This document shows positions 1 through 14,977 of a stretch of 64,000 bases of DNA, in pieces. Under the pieces are notes generated by a model. The model was not told where the DNA came from. It saw nothing but the letters and a program-made list of their open reading frames with translations, and searched no databases. Origin of the DNA: the human T2T-CHM13v2.0 reference genome, Homo sapiens; assembly GCF_009914755.1 (NCBI RefSeq), contig NC_060929.1; one strand, 5' to 3'. Position numbers and translations under genes: made by a program. Within the stretch, counting starts at the first letter, position 1; the number at the start of each line of letters is the position of its first letter.

Positions 1-290
1 GGAAGGATCTGTTCCAGGGCTCTCTCTGGGATTCAGGTAGTTCCTTGGCCCTTGGCAGCATAACTCCAATCTCCACGTGGTGTGCCCCTCATATGCCTGT
101 CTGTGGCCAAATTTCTCCTTTCCATAAGGACACCAGTCATATTGAATTAGGGGCCCACCCTACTCTAGTGTGACTCCATCTTAGCTAACTACATCTGCAA
201 CCCTCTTTCCAAATAAGGTCATATGCTGAGATACTGAAAGTTGGGACTTCAACATATGAATTTTGGGAGGATACAATTCAACCCTTAACA
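1..290 (-). mobile_element. MaLR LTR fragment (MLT1B/C-like), running off the window start
   Basis: Typical antisense MLT1 motifs 'ataaggacaccagtcatattgaattagggg', 'tttccaaataaggtca' and the terminus 'acaattcaacccttaaca'. Confidence 0.75.
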
Positions 291-369
291 GCTAGAGCTA
301 TGCCCCACAGACCGGATTCCACAAAACCATTGCAATCTGCTTTGCACCACCCACTCCACAGCTTGACAG

Positions 370-830
370 TCAAGTGCTCAGAGGCTGCATGTTTGATTGA
401 AGCACGCTGATGCTGGTTCTCCATGTCCTGGAAACGAGGCTGGAGACAGGGCCAGGGGCTAAATCATACAGAGCCCTGAAGGCCATGGGCGTTGTGTACT
501 TTATCCTAAGAGCAGTGGGCTGTCTTTGATGCTTACAAACAGAAGGCTGATCAGACTCTAGAAAGAGCCTTCCAACTTTAGTGTTGAGAATGGAATAAAG
601 TTGGGGCAAGGCAATTCTTCAAGCAAGTGACAAGCTGGCCTGAACCTCAATGGTGGCAATGGGAATGCGGGGAAGATGACTTGGAGAAATAGCTGTGATG
701 TATCAGGGTGCCTAGAGAAAAACAACCTAAAGTGTGTGTTATTTTAGCAAAGGCACTGCCATTTGGGGACCGTTGGCAAAAGGAACTTGTCATTTGGGTT
801 TCTGGATATGGACACTTTAATGTTGGCACA
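370..830 (-). mobile_element. Degenerate L2 LINE fragment
   Basis: Purine-rich L2-like text 'ggctggagacagggccagggg...tactttatcctaagagcagtggg'; old and diverged. Confidence 0.45.
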
Positions 831-1014
831 GATTCCCTTGTTTTCAAGGAAGTTACCAAGATAAACCCTCTAGTCAAGCCAAAGTAAAGCAAGTTGATTT
901 GGGGAAGATGTCATACCTGAGTGTGGCAACTGCAGAGTGTGATGTTAAATGTTGAAGAACTGGTGAAAAGTTTTCCTGAAGTGACTACTTAGACTGAATT
1001 ATTCGTATCCCCCA

Positions 1015-1807
<793 letters not shown>

Positions 1808-4699
1808 GCCCACATGATGTTGATATTAGTATAATGTGGGAAGTGCAAGGTCACATAGTGTCGTTGTCTTATCTGGGCCCTGGTGAATCAGAGAGAGGGT
1901 TGCTCTTGAAAGACTTGGGGGTTTTCAGGGCCAGTTTTCCTGGGGCAGCATGAGCAGGCCTTAGGCCAGGAGACAGGGGCAATGCTTCCTGCTTTCTGGT
2001 GTAAAGGGGATGGGGGTATAGACCCAGGGTTGGTTTGGTCTATTCGAAGGATTCTTGCTGAGATGGGACAGCTTGAGAGGAGCTAGATGTGGTCCTGAGG
2101 CTGGGGTTTTAGGGCCTGCGGGCTCCAGGAAGAACATAGTGAGCCACTTCTGTTATGCCCCAAATATTCAGGAAGCATCACCATCTGCTCTGGGCTGGGG
2201 AATTAAGTTTCCAGAATCAATGATGGGGTGGGGCTGGGGGTCACGTCCCCACTTGCAGTGAATCTGTATGGGAAAAGCACATCCTGGAGAAAGGAGTTAC
2301 AAGGGGATGCATGATGAAATCCCTCGGAGATGCCCAGACATGGTGGAGGGAGACCTGGGCGGCTGACAGCTATTCTGCTAGTCCCAGGCAGATGGGGGGT
2401 TGAACATTAAAAGAGATGAAACTTTATGTTAGGCTACGAGAGCAGACATCCAGGTTTCAGTGTGGGGAGATGCCCCAGGACTTAAAGATGAAGGGGCTGT
2501 GGGAAATGATGGCGGAGGAGAGGTCCAGGTCTAGGTCTTCAGGGGAAATGGAATCTCCCTACCTTTCCTGCTCGAGAGGGTGCTCAGCTGTAGGGAGGGG
2601 GTGCTCTTCTTCTTTTGGGGCTTTATTGTCAAAACAGAGGAGTGGTCTTCCTGCACGACCCAGGGAAAGTGCCTTTTTAATGAAGGACTTCTGTCCTTGG
2701 GGTCTTCTCACCTTCCCTTTGTTCCATCTTCTCGCCTCCTTGGCCTTTTTCTCTCACTTGCTATCTTTGTTCTTATTTAGAGGAAAGGTTTGGGTAAGAC
2801 TATTCATTTCATAGGATATTTTCTGCTTAATCTTTTTTTTAGAAAATGGTAAAGTCTTCATTTCAGACACCTAGCCCATGCTTGTCCATAGAATTACATG
2901 TTCCTATTGGAGGGGCTTTGTCCAACATGCATCCCCTGGAAGAGACCCACTGGCCTTCTCATAACAACAGAAGAGAGACAGTAATGGGCTCCATGACAGA
3001 CAGCTTCTCACTTCCGTCATTCCAACTGGTTCTGGGAGTAGGGAGAGCTTATACCAGCTGCTTCATGCAGGCTCCAAAGGGCATTTTGTTTTAGCAGTGC
3101 CCTTTTCCTTAGGAATTGTCGCGTTCTGCCTCTCCCTCTCATTCATTCACTCAGCTACGTGCTGAGTCTCCACCAAGGAGAAATGACTAGAGGCAAGCGC
3201 TGCTCTCAGGAAACGGAGTTACACTGTGAGGCAGTTTGTGAGTGGATCCCAGGCTTAGCAAGACCCACTGGAAATTCTCTCAGGGTTCAGAGAGGATAGA
3301 AGAGATGAGGGCTTGAGTAGATGAGAAGAGAAAACTCTTTGAAGTCAGCCCTTGAAAGATTGGTTCAGCAGAGAGCAGGGGCTAGGACATTGCAGATGAA
3401 GCAGGGAGACAGCATAAGGGATATCATAAATATACATGGGATACGGTATATGTGTGTATGCATGCATGCATAATAGTTATATGTGTAAATAGTGCAAAAT
3501 CCAGAAAGTTAAAAAGATATGTATTCTGGCTCCTTGTTCCTCCTCACCCAGTTCCCCTCCCTAGAGGCAGCGTTTATGTTTAAAAATATTTAACAAAGAC
3601 AGAGTATCGCTCCGCATCCCCAACTCATGGCTGGATGGCTGAACCGTTTTCTAAGAGTGGAAGTATCAAACATGCATGTTTTCATTGTTTTATCCGCAGT
3701 GCATTCTGTGACCACTCTCCACAACCAAGTCCTCACAAAAAATACTTCATGCACCATTTTGGGGACCAAGTTCCTGCCCCAAGATGCAGAAAAATTGAGA
3801 GGCCTATATAATGTTAGCCACCCCTGCCTCCTCCCAGGAATCCACAGAAATCTCCGGAGGACTCTGGGCTCCTGCAGGTCATGAGTTGTGGGTCTGAGCC
3901 AAGAGCATGGAGATCTAAGAGATCTAAGGGACCGGGAGGCCCCAGGGGCATGTGCACTGCACATTAAATGGAAAAGGTTGACCCATTTGGAGACCAGGGC
4001 AGCTTACAGCCAAGGAAGGGCTGCCTCTGCCCCCAAGGGGATGTGTAAAGGGGGTGCCCAGGGACACACAGGAGCAGCCCTCATGGAGGGCACTAACAGA
4101 ATCAGGGTTCACAGGCTGCAGGAAGACAACTGAGAACACACAGATGGACTCTGGCTCTTCCCAGATGAGTTTCCTGACCAGAAGAGAACTCCCGCATAGA
4201 AAGGTTATGTGGGAAACACTCTGGTTTTTCTTCTCCTGCTGTGAAATCAATTAAAAACAGGATGGATATAAAATGGTTTTATAACCTCCTCCACCTCTGG
4301 CTTCCTTTCTTCTTGGGGATGAGCCAGGCAGAGTGGGGAGAGACAGGAGTCTCACGGTCTGCAAATTCTGCAGCAGTTTAAATGATAGTGACCTATTGCT
4401 TCAGCTCTCCTCAGGGGACCTGGGGCTGGAGGAGAAAATGTCTCCTTGGAAAGTGGCCAAAGGAAGGAGAGCCCCATAGAGGGAGTGAGGGTAGGTAGGG
4501 CCCAACCCTTCCAAGTTCTGGGTCAGTCTTAGGTTCAGAACGCATCTAACCTGGGGAAATGAGACAGCCAGTTTTGGAAGAGAGTTTATTTCCCACAGAA
4601 CAATTCAAATGGCTTGTTAGCCTCGCGCACACTTGCTTGATATGACCCAACATGAATAATTTTCATTCCTGTTTTGATTTACAAAAAATGATAGTACAT

Positions 4700-5140
4700 A
4701 ACTTTTTTTGAGTACTACTCTGTGCCAGGAACATACTCAGATACCTTTCTTACGTTAACTGTAATTCTTATAACACTACTGAAAGTTAAGTACTATTTTC
4801 TCCTGTTAAAAATAAGGAAAATGAGGCTCAATGAGGCTAAGTAAACTTCTCAAGATCAGAGAGCTAGTAAGCGGCAAAACCAGCATCCAAACACAAGTTT
4901 GTTAAAATAATAATAGTTCTGACTTATTGAACTCTTCTGTGGGCTAGATATTTGACATACATTATCTGAAATCCTTATCACAACCCTGTGAGGGATTTTG
5001 CTGTAGCTCCATTTGACAGATGAAAAAGTCATATTTAAGGAAATAGTGCAAAGCCCTAGAACTGACTTGGTGAAGTCTGGCCTTGAACCTGGGTCTCTCT
5101 GGATTCTCTGATGCCTGTATTTATTCCAAGTGTGCCACGC
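4700..5140 (-). mobile_element. Two MIR SINE fragments
   Basis: MIR core motifs 'aaataaggaaaatgaggctcaatgaggctaagtaaacttctcaagatcag' and 'ccatttgacagatgaaaaa'. Confidence 0.55.
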
Positions 5141-7899
5141 AACTTCGGGGACCCAGAAAGGTGCTCTTGCCCTAGGTGCTTCCAGTGGGTGCTCTGGGAC
5201 CAGCGAGGGGCCCCCACTGGTTGTCCGTGGTGATCTGAGGTTGAACTGAGCTGTACACAGAGCATGAGAGTGGCTTCTGCCAATACACATTGTTCTCCGC
5301 AGCATGTAATGTTTTCTAGGGCCTTGGCCAACTTGGCTGAGGCATTGTAGACATCTTGAGGGACTGGGTTCCGAGCATCTTAAACGGATCGACAGATTTT
5401 ATCAGGAAGTACTGCTTCTTACCACAGAGCTGCCCACATTTTTCCCAGTGAAGAGTATTAGCTGGAACTAGGGTTCCAGCTATTTTTACACCCGATGTAA
5501 AATCATGTGAATGAGCTTCCATGGCTTACACATCCCTCCTTACTCGTCAGACAGTTCTGATCTGCTTTAGGCAACCCCATCTTCTCTTTATTCCTGTGTT
5601 ATTTTCCAAGGCACAGCCACCCACAAAACATCTTGGGGAATCTTGATGTCCCAATCCACATCTTCGCTTCACTTACTTGCTTGCACCCTGAAATCTGTAG
5701 TCCACAAGCAACAGCCACAGCAAGACAATCCGAGATTGGGCTGGCATTGAGAAACGCCCAAAACATGTTTACATCTTGCATGTCTTTTAGGGCTCTTGTT
5801 AACCCAAGGAGAAAGAGCAGTATGAACACCGGTTTTAGAGAATAAATCTAAGACCCTGTTAGTGCCCGAAGCAGGATTAGAAAGTAGATTTTCACCGGAT
5901 TCCATTGTCCCCAATTCTCTTGCTCCAGACCCTATTCTAAGGCATAAAGTTAGGGAAATAGCCACAGAGGCTCAGGCACATTGCCCTGATTTGAAATGTT
6001 TCCCTCAAGGGGTCCTTTCAGTTGTTCTGAAAACTCAGCCTGAAAATTGTAAATGCCCCATAAAGGCAAAGCTTTTACCTGGAACAATCCATTGCAGAAG
6101 AAGCATATTCCCTAAAGCCAAGGTTGTTGCACAATTTGAGCTGTCTCACAAGCACCAGCAACTAGTCATTCATTTATTCAAGAAATACATACTGAGTGGC
6201 TTCTAGGGGCCAAGTACTGCCGAGTACTGTGGACTCAGCCTAGCTCTCCTGGAGTGCAGAGTGCATCGGAGGAGTCAGTTGAACAGGAACTTTTAGTGAA
6301 GTGTGCGCTCTGGGAGTAGACAGCAGGGGGGCCTGGGCAACCCCAAGGTCAGGGTTGGCTTCTCTAAGGAAGTGACATTTAAACTAAGACCTGGAAGACA
6401 GTAGAAGCTGGCCAGGCAAGGATGACATGGAGTCCTCCAGTGTGGCAGCCATGAGTATGAGCCTCGCAGACCTCCAAGATGGAGGAACTTCATTGACCAG
6501 GAGCCCAGCTGCTGCACTCTGCAATCCATCACCATGCCTGTATGGAGGCCATGCTTCCCATAGGCTACACCAAGGCAATGGCTGAGGTTGGTGGGAGTGC
6601 CAGGGCAGCCTGTTCCTTGGAAGCCAGGACAACTCTGATGGCCACCTTTGCTCAAGAACACCCCCATAACGCTGCTGAGCTTCTTTACATTGCTGGGTGG
6701 TCTACAGTGTTTCTCTCCATCCTTCCTCCCATCTCTCCTTCATGTGGAGTCAGGCTTGCACCGTGTTCCTTATCCAACCTCTCTCCTCTCCTGCCTGCCA
6801 TGGGCATGTGTGACATCGCTCAGGGAGGATGAGAAGCGGGAGGTGAGCTGAGCCAAGAGGCCAGGAAAGAAAAAAGGGAAAGGGCCCTGGGTAGAGCCGG
6901 GCAAGTTCTATTGTCCCAGCAGGAGGAGGAAAAGTCAGACAGGAGGAGTCAAAAGTTGATTCCAGGGGTTGTTTGAGATTAGAATCCTGTCCCTTCTTTT
7001 TAAAATTCCAGAATGGCTCTGGCTAAAAGCTTCCTGTTTCAGGACAAAGTCCCAAAGGAACTTTTTTGTAAAGCCATCTTGTAGATCACCTATAAAAGCT
7101 TTGTCCTTCCCTAACATTTATATCCTTACAGGTATCAGAAGAAGGTGGCTCTCCAGAGTGTCACCTTGGCAGGGCCAATCCCAGTCCTGACTGGGGAGAA
7201 GCCCAGGTGCCAGGAGTGTTGTTACTGCGGCAATGGACGCTGCAGTCTGCCGGCACCCGATGCCGCTCACCAGCTCCATCCTTCTAATCAGCAGCCGAGG
7301 CTCAGATTCTTCCCAGCTGCATGGGGAGACTGTCCTGCTCGGGCTGCTGTGAGTCACTTGGCAGATCTAGTTCTCATTGCACATTAATGCATTGGGGATT
7401 TTGTTTTATTTTTTTAAAAATAAAAGAATAACATTAACATCAAGGGAGGTCATCAGAGAGAAAAAGAGTTACAAAAAGGCAGCATGCGGCCTGTGCGTGT
7501 GAGGTGGAAGGTGGAGCGGGGGTGGGTTTTGGCCTTTAGGTGGGCATGGCTGCCCCAGCCAGGGCTTCAGTGGTGCCTTTCACATCCATTCTTTATCTAT
7601 AGGATGCCTGGGGATTAGGTAGGAGTGCCAAAACACTGCAATTATAAAAAGAGGGAAAAATGACCCTGTTGGTGATCATTTAAGGAAGTATTTTAGGACA
7701 ACTGAAAGGAAATAGATCTTTACACAGCCTGTAGCCTGTAAGTGGAACCCATTACCCCCATTAGGTGTTCTGCATGGAAGTAAAAAATGGGTCCGAGAAT
7801 AGGTCAGATAAATTCACAGATATTAGATGTCATGGTCACTAGGATCAGCCTATGAAGAGCAAGTTACCATGTTCCCATGAAAATGTTACTGCTGCCCCC

Positions 7900-8300
7900 A
7901 GAGGACCTGTGCTCCAGCCACATCAAGCTCCTAAATATTTCTGGAACAGTGAGTCTTCTTTCTTGAGTCTGTGTCTTTGCCATGCCGTTGCTTCTAGGTT
8001 CCCTTGCCACTTTTTCCCAAGAGTGGTAAACTACCACTTATTCTTCAAGATCCAGTTCAAAGCCTCCTCTAGAAAGCCTTTCTTGAATCCTCTAGGGCAG
8101 GGGTGGTCACTCCTCACTCTGTGCCCCCAAAGCCTGCTGTACCAAGCACACACACAAAGCTACCACTGCACTATAATTGTTTGTCTGCTCAACTGGACTA
8201 TAAAATTCTCCAGGGTAGAGATTGTGCCTGATTCATGTAGCTTAGCAGAGAGGCTGGCCTGCAGCCTCTGTGCAGGAAATACATGTGAATAAAGGAATGA
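7900..8300 (+). mobile_element. L2 3' end fragment
   Basis: 'ttcttcaagatccagttcaaagcctcctctagaaagccttt...' ending in the L2-type tail 'gtgaataaaggaatgaatg'. Confidence 0.55.
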
Positions 8301-9112
8301 ATGTTGAGTTACATCAACCAATGGTCTCACCACTTAAAGGACATATTCTTAATGACATTCTCAGAAGCTTTGCTTCTAATATCACTTGGACAATACTCTT
8401 CTGCCAGGACATATTCCTGTTTATCTCAGCTAATATATATGCTAGTCTCCAAAGCAGCCATCTGTGTAGTTGAAGTGAAGTAGCCAAGAGAATTGAGATT
8501 TTAGTGTCTTTAACTTAACTGTGTCTCTCAGACAAATGAGCCAGTTCCCCAGAAATCTGGTCTAGAAACATTGCCAATGCACATTCCAGTGACTTTGAGA
8601 TGTTAGAAAAACAGACATATCACCTTTCAGGCTGAAATCACTGGGAAGTGCATTTTAAAGCTGGGTTTCCTTCCAGATCCTTAGGTTGTGAATGACACAC
8701 AGTCTGTGGAAAATTTATGAGATCACCAAGAAGCCGAGGTCTGAAGTGTTCAAGAAGTGTTTAACCACAGATCAAACACAACATTTGCGTGTTTCTGAAA
8801 AACAACAACAACAACAAAAAACCACCAAACAGCAAACAAAGGTCTAATGATCAAAATGGTGTCCAACTCAAACCAATATGAGGGGTCTGCTCAGGCCCAT
8901 ATGTAGAGATTCTGAAGATGATGAATTGTAGGAAGAGAAAGGAGAGTAAGACCCTGGCAAGTATGGGAAAATCCAAGAATAATGAGGGGTGCTGCTCGGT
9001 CAGTTAAATAACTATCCCTAGAGAAAAATTCCTGGAAGCCGAGAACCTTGGGTTTCAACCCCAATTTACATCTTTTTAGAAAATCATTTGAACTTAACTT
9101 TCAAATGATTGA

Positions 9113-9397
<285 letters not shown>

Positions 9398-11168
9398 TAG
9401 CTTTGGGGCAGCTAGTATGTCCAGGGCCCCTGACTGGGCCCTAGAGATGCAGCAGGGAGTAGGACTGCGGTCGCCTCTGCCCTCATGGGACCTAGAGTCT
9501 GGTAAGAAGAACAGGCCCAGAATAAGTGATTACATTAATAGCCAGTGGCAATAAGGTTTTGCTGGGAGACATCCAGAGGGTTCTGTAATATCCAGTAAGG
9601 GTACTTGATTTATTCCAAAGGGCAAAGATACTCACCCTGAGGAAGTGAGCCTGGGCTGATGCTCAGCATTGTGGATGTAGGGAGAAGAATGTTCCAAGAA
9701 AAGGGAGGACTCTCAAGAACCGAAGCTTACAGAATTGCTGAAGCCCAGGATGAGAGGAGGAATCACCAGAGAAGGCTTGAGAGATAGGCAGGGGCAAGAC
9801 AAAAATATTTAACAGCTGACACGTGGATATAATTTCATAAACTATTACATTTATCTTAAATGTAATTATAAAATGTGTTCCATTTTATTCTCTAAATTTG
9901 CTAAATTATAGATATTATTCAATGTCTTCCTTTCCAAGAGATTTAAGTAATACTACAAATTGTTTATAGATGTGATTTTTTTTTTCTTTGATGTAACTGC
10001 CACTAGATAAATGATGCCCCTGAGCCATGAGAAAACTTTTCCAATGATTTTCCCATTAAATTGCTGCACATTAAGTAACACGCAGACTCAGGAAGTGGAG
10101 AATCCACTTAACTTCAATGGTATTTTTCAAGATGCTTAATTTTCTCTCAGCATCTGCTGAAATAACAGCCATTGCATTAACAAAGTTTCCTAGCGCTTGT
10201 AATACTGCCTTAGATTTTTATCTATTCAATATCTTTATATTGACTAAGTCATGAAAATGGTATATTGGAATCACATGCTTGAGTTTCACCTACTCCTTAG
10301 GCTAGATGAGAGGCTCTAGTGGGCAATTACGTACTGAGCTGCCAGTTCAGTATTTTGGCTCAGCCCCTCAGGCTGTAGATAACCTCCCTGCACTGCGGTT
10401 TTCTCATGCATAAAATGGAAATTATGGTATCTGTGGTGTTCCACTGAATTAATATACATCTAGAATGAACACAGCTGGCGTTCTATTCCCATTAGCTCTC
10501 CCCTTTAGTAATAAAATTAATATTGTAAATGCCCAGGACAGATGACCATCAGGTATCCAAGCTCTTCTGATAAATGTAGGAGTAATTCAACAGAGAAGAA
10601 TTTCTCACTGGTCTCCAGACCATCCTTATGGGTGCCTGTCTTTCTCGAGAGTGCCCATCATTCCTGAACTCTGCCCGGCACCTGACCAGGACCTGTAGGA
10701 AGCATATTAATATGCACTTATTTGCTCTTTCAATTTTCACTGGGTACTCTAGGAGCCCAAGTTCGACAAAAGCTGATGTTCCCACATATGGCCAGGTGAG
10801 GGCGACTCTGAGGGAGCACTGGCCTGTGGTAGCTGACTACAGCCTGGGAGGGTACCAGAGTCCCTATCAGGGGTAATGTCATCCCTTTACCATGGGATTT
10901 GGGAATGCTCTGGTTAAGTGAATTCACTGGGACAAGGCCTAGAGCTTGGTGAGCATAGGGCTTGCCTGCTGAACACCACCACAGTGATCCTCAAGCAAAA
11001 CCCACCTGGATTGGGAAAACACCAAGACACGGGCATGAGGCAATCCTCTCATGGTGGAAGCCAATGGCAGTGCCTAGAAGTCCATATTTTGGGGGAAACT
11101 GATTGGCACAAGCATCAACCAACCAGAGTAGATTCAGCATTCACTCTTTGGTTAATGGGTGGAGAGGA

Positions 11169-12479
11169 GATAGGGGAAGTAGTTCCAAAGCATAGGAGAA
11201 TTTTACTATTTAAGCAGCTAGTACCATTAACCATGCAGATAAACACAAGTTGAATGTTAACCTCAGAGCCATATTAATGGCCCTGGATGCATAGGAAGAA
11301 CATGGACAGCCACAATGGTCTTATGAGATCTGATGTAAGTTTTTGACAGTGTTTTCTGAATACAATATGAAGAACAAGTTGAAGGAAGTCAAGACTGGAG
11401 GCAAGGAAACCAGTTGTGATACCTTTCAAGGGTTCAGGTTGGGATATGAGAGATATTTAATGTGTGTAATTCTCAAGACTTGGTGATTAACTAGATGTGG
11501 GAGGTAAGAAGGAGAAGGAGTCGTCAAGGATGACTCCTAGGTTTCTTGCTTGGGAATTTAGGCAGATTAGGTCACTATTTTTCTTTTTATTATTTTTTTA
11601 TTTTATTTTATTGTATATATTTTTTATTATACTTTAAGTTCTAGGGTACATGTGCACAACGTGCAGGTTTGTTACATATGTATACCTGTGCCATGTTGGT
11701 GTGCTGCACCCATTAACTCGTCATTTACATTAGGTATATCTCCTAATGCTATCCCTCCCCACTTCCCCCCACCCCACAACAGGCCCTGGTGTGTGATGTT
11801 CCCCTTCCTCTGACCAAGTGTTCTCATTGTTCAGTTCCCACCTATGAGTGAGAACATGTGATGTTTGTTTTTTTGTCCTTGCGATAGTTTGCTGAGAATG
11901 ATGGTTTCCAGCTTCATCCATATCCCTACAAAGGACATGAACTCATCCTTTTTTATGGCTGCATAGTATTCCATGGTGTATATGTAGGTCACCATTTTTC
12001 ATGCCCCCATAGAAAATCAGGAGACAGGCATGTTTGGAGAGGGGCTGTGTTCAGTCTGGTGTTGGATATGTTCAGTTTGAAGTACCTAAGACCTATCTAA
12101 GCAGAGATCCAGTAGGCAGTTGGAGATATGTGTACCACACAGAAAGAGGCCTGGCTGGAGATGATGATTTTGGAATCCTTACATATTGCTGCATGAAATT
12201 GCTGAGAGAGAGAGAATACAGGTGAGAAAGGCATGGGTTTGAGTCCAGAGTAACAACAACATGTAAAGAACAGGTAGAAGATAAGGCAGCACAGGGTTAG
12301 GTGGAAAACCAAAATATCACACTCTAACAGAAGGCAGGAGAAAGGTGTGTTGGGCATGGTGAATGGGCACTTAGCATCCATTCCTACCTTCTCTGCTGTC
12401 TACGTTGTCTTCTTGGACAGCTCAAGACTACTTTCCCCAGATTCCTTTGCAACTACAGGACTGGATGCAAATTAGGTTC
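11169..12479 (+). repeat. Left arm of an inverted segmental repeat (L2- and LTR33-like derived; contains an L1 insertion)
   Basis: Reverse complement of 14058-14977. The ORF track gives identical peptides on opposite strands (12034-12225+ vs 14312-14536-; 12097-12381- vs 14180-14440+). Confidence 0.97.
11584..11984 (-). mobile_element. 5'-truncated L1PA4/5-like 3' end (~400 bp)
   Basis: Antisense L1 3'UTR 'tatactttaagttctagggtacatgtgcacaacgtgcaggtttgttacatatg'; 16-bp TSD taggtcac(t/c)atttttc at 11568-11583 and 11985-12000. Confidence 0.93.
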
Positions 12480-13412
12480 AAATTCAAATTTGGGAGAAGA
12501 TTGCTTTGGGAATGTCAGGAGAGCAGAACCTTCCCATGATCCTTTTGATTATTGCAAGATAAACCATAAAGCCTTTTCTAGAATAGCAACATGGAAATAA
12601 TGAAGAAAGAAACTGCTCTGACAAAGTGAGTCATCTTCTTTGAGGGCAAGTATGTTGGTACAGAATGTATTATATTTTAAGGGAGGATTTCTTCCTTTTT
12701 CCTGAGGAAAATGAAGAGCTAGGATTCTGGACCCAGAGGTTTAGGCAGGGTCAAAGGAATTCCTGCCCAGGTCAGTTAGTTCGTGTGCGATGACAGAAGT
12801 GCACTGGAGATCGCTGCAAGATGCGTAGTTGATATTTTCCAGAAGTATAGTTTGGTATCTTATTTTAAGTTTACCATTTCTATCTTGTAATTCTCTTTTG
12901 CTATCCTCAAATCTTTTGAGTATTCTCAAACGCCACCACCTAGTGCTGCTATACTTTGGAGAGTTAAGGGAAACATGTAAAGAGTCAGCTTGGAGTAGGG
13001 ATTAGGAGGCAGCAAGAATGGTGCACGGTCTGGCATGGACACCTGGCTGAGGAGATGAGAGGCCAAGTGACTCCACTGCATTCACACACCTCGATAGCAA
13101 CAAGATTAAGACTAGAACGTGGGTCTCCTGACTCTAGTGCTTCTTCCACAAAACATCACCATGTAAACCTATAAGAGTTTTGAGGTTCTTTCTGAAGTAG
13201 GGAGATGAATTAGATGCTGTGTGTATTTCTTTCACCTTCAATAAGACTGCTTTAGTTACTACCAAAATGACCAACAAGCTAAATTGCCACATCCAGTGGA
13301 CTTTTCCAGTTCTTACATTGCTTGCTCTCTTAGCAGTATTTAATACAGTCAACCGTTCCCTCCCTGAAATATTCTGTATTATTCAGGCTTCAATAAGAAA
13401 AAAAAGAAGTCA

Positions 13413-13716
<304 letters not shown>

Positions 13717-13739
13717 GGTTGGAAGGTTTTGAGATGCAG

Positions 13740-14192
13740 CTGTATCTCTGAGAATGCCCCTATCACAACTGACCTGCCAACTGGAGGTGGGACCTTTGCA
13801 CCTTTGCCAAATTCGGGAAGGTACAGGAAGGAATCAGAACACACTACTATGGCTACAATCTAGGATTAGGAAACTGCTACCACCACGATGACAACTGAGC
13901 AATCACGAGGCTAATGACTAGACACCACAACACTGCTGGGGAAAAGCTCCGCATCTTCAACATTGTACTTGCCAGCGGAAAACAGCCAAAAGCAATGGGA
14001 CTACAGCCTCTGCCTCAGTTTCACTTTCTAAATCTTGAATGGCACATGTAATTGGTGGAAACTAATTTGCATCCAGTTCTCTAGTTGCAAAGGAATCTGG
14101 GGAAAGTAATCTTGAGCTGTCCAAGAAGACAACATAGACAGCAGAGAAGGTAGGAAAGGATGCTAAGTGCCCATTCACCATGCCCAACACAC
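13740..14192 (-). mobile_element. ERVL-type LTR (LTR33-like)
   Basis: Minus strand reads 'ttccccagattcctttgcaactag...ggatgcaaattagtttccaccaatt...gaaactgaggcagaggc', resembling my recollection of LTR33. Its start is duplicated in the left arm (~12346-12479). Confidence 0.5.
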
Positions 14193-14977
14193 CTTTCTCC
14201 TGCCTTCTGTTAGAGTGTGATATTTTGGTTTTCCACCTAACCCTGTGCTGCCTTATCTTCTACCTGTTCTTTACATGTTGTTGTTACTCTGGACTCAAAC
14301 CCATGCCTTTCTCACCTGTATTCTCTCTCTCTCAGCAATTTCATGCAGCAATATGTAAGGATTCCAAAATCATCATCTCCAGCCAGGCCTCTTTCTGTGT
14401 GGTACACATATCTCCAACTGCCTACTGGATCTCTGCTTAGATAGGTCTTAGGTACTTCAAACTGAACATATCCAACACCAGACTGAACACAGCCCCTCTC
14501 CAAACATGCCTGTCTCCTGATTTTCTGTGGGGGCATGAAAAATGTCTAAAATTTTCATTTTAAAATTTCATTTCATGTTAAAATCTGTCTAAACTCCCAA
14601 GCAAGAAACCTAGGAGTCATCCTTGATGACTCCTTCTCCTTACCTCCCACGTCTAGTTAATCACCAAGTTTTGAGAATTACACACATTAAATATCTCTCA
14701 TATCCCAACCTGAACCCCTGAAAGGTATCACAACTGGTTTCTTTGCCTCCACTCTTGCCTTCCTTCAATTTGTCCTTCATATTGTATTCAGAAAACACTG
14801 TCAAAACCACATCAGATCTCATAAGACCATTGTGGCTCTCCATGCCCTTCCTATGGCATCCAGAGCCATTAGTATGGCTCTGAGGTTAACATTCGACTTG
14901 TGTTTATCTGCACGGTTAGTAGTACTGGCTGTTTAAATAATAAAATTCTCCTGTGCTTTGGAACTACTTCCCCTATC
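14058..14977 (-). repeat. Right arm of the inverted segmental repeat
   Basis: Reverse complement of 11169-12479 minus the L1 insertion; 14158-14526 matches 12011-12379 with no mismatch found. Confidence 0.97.
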
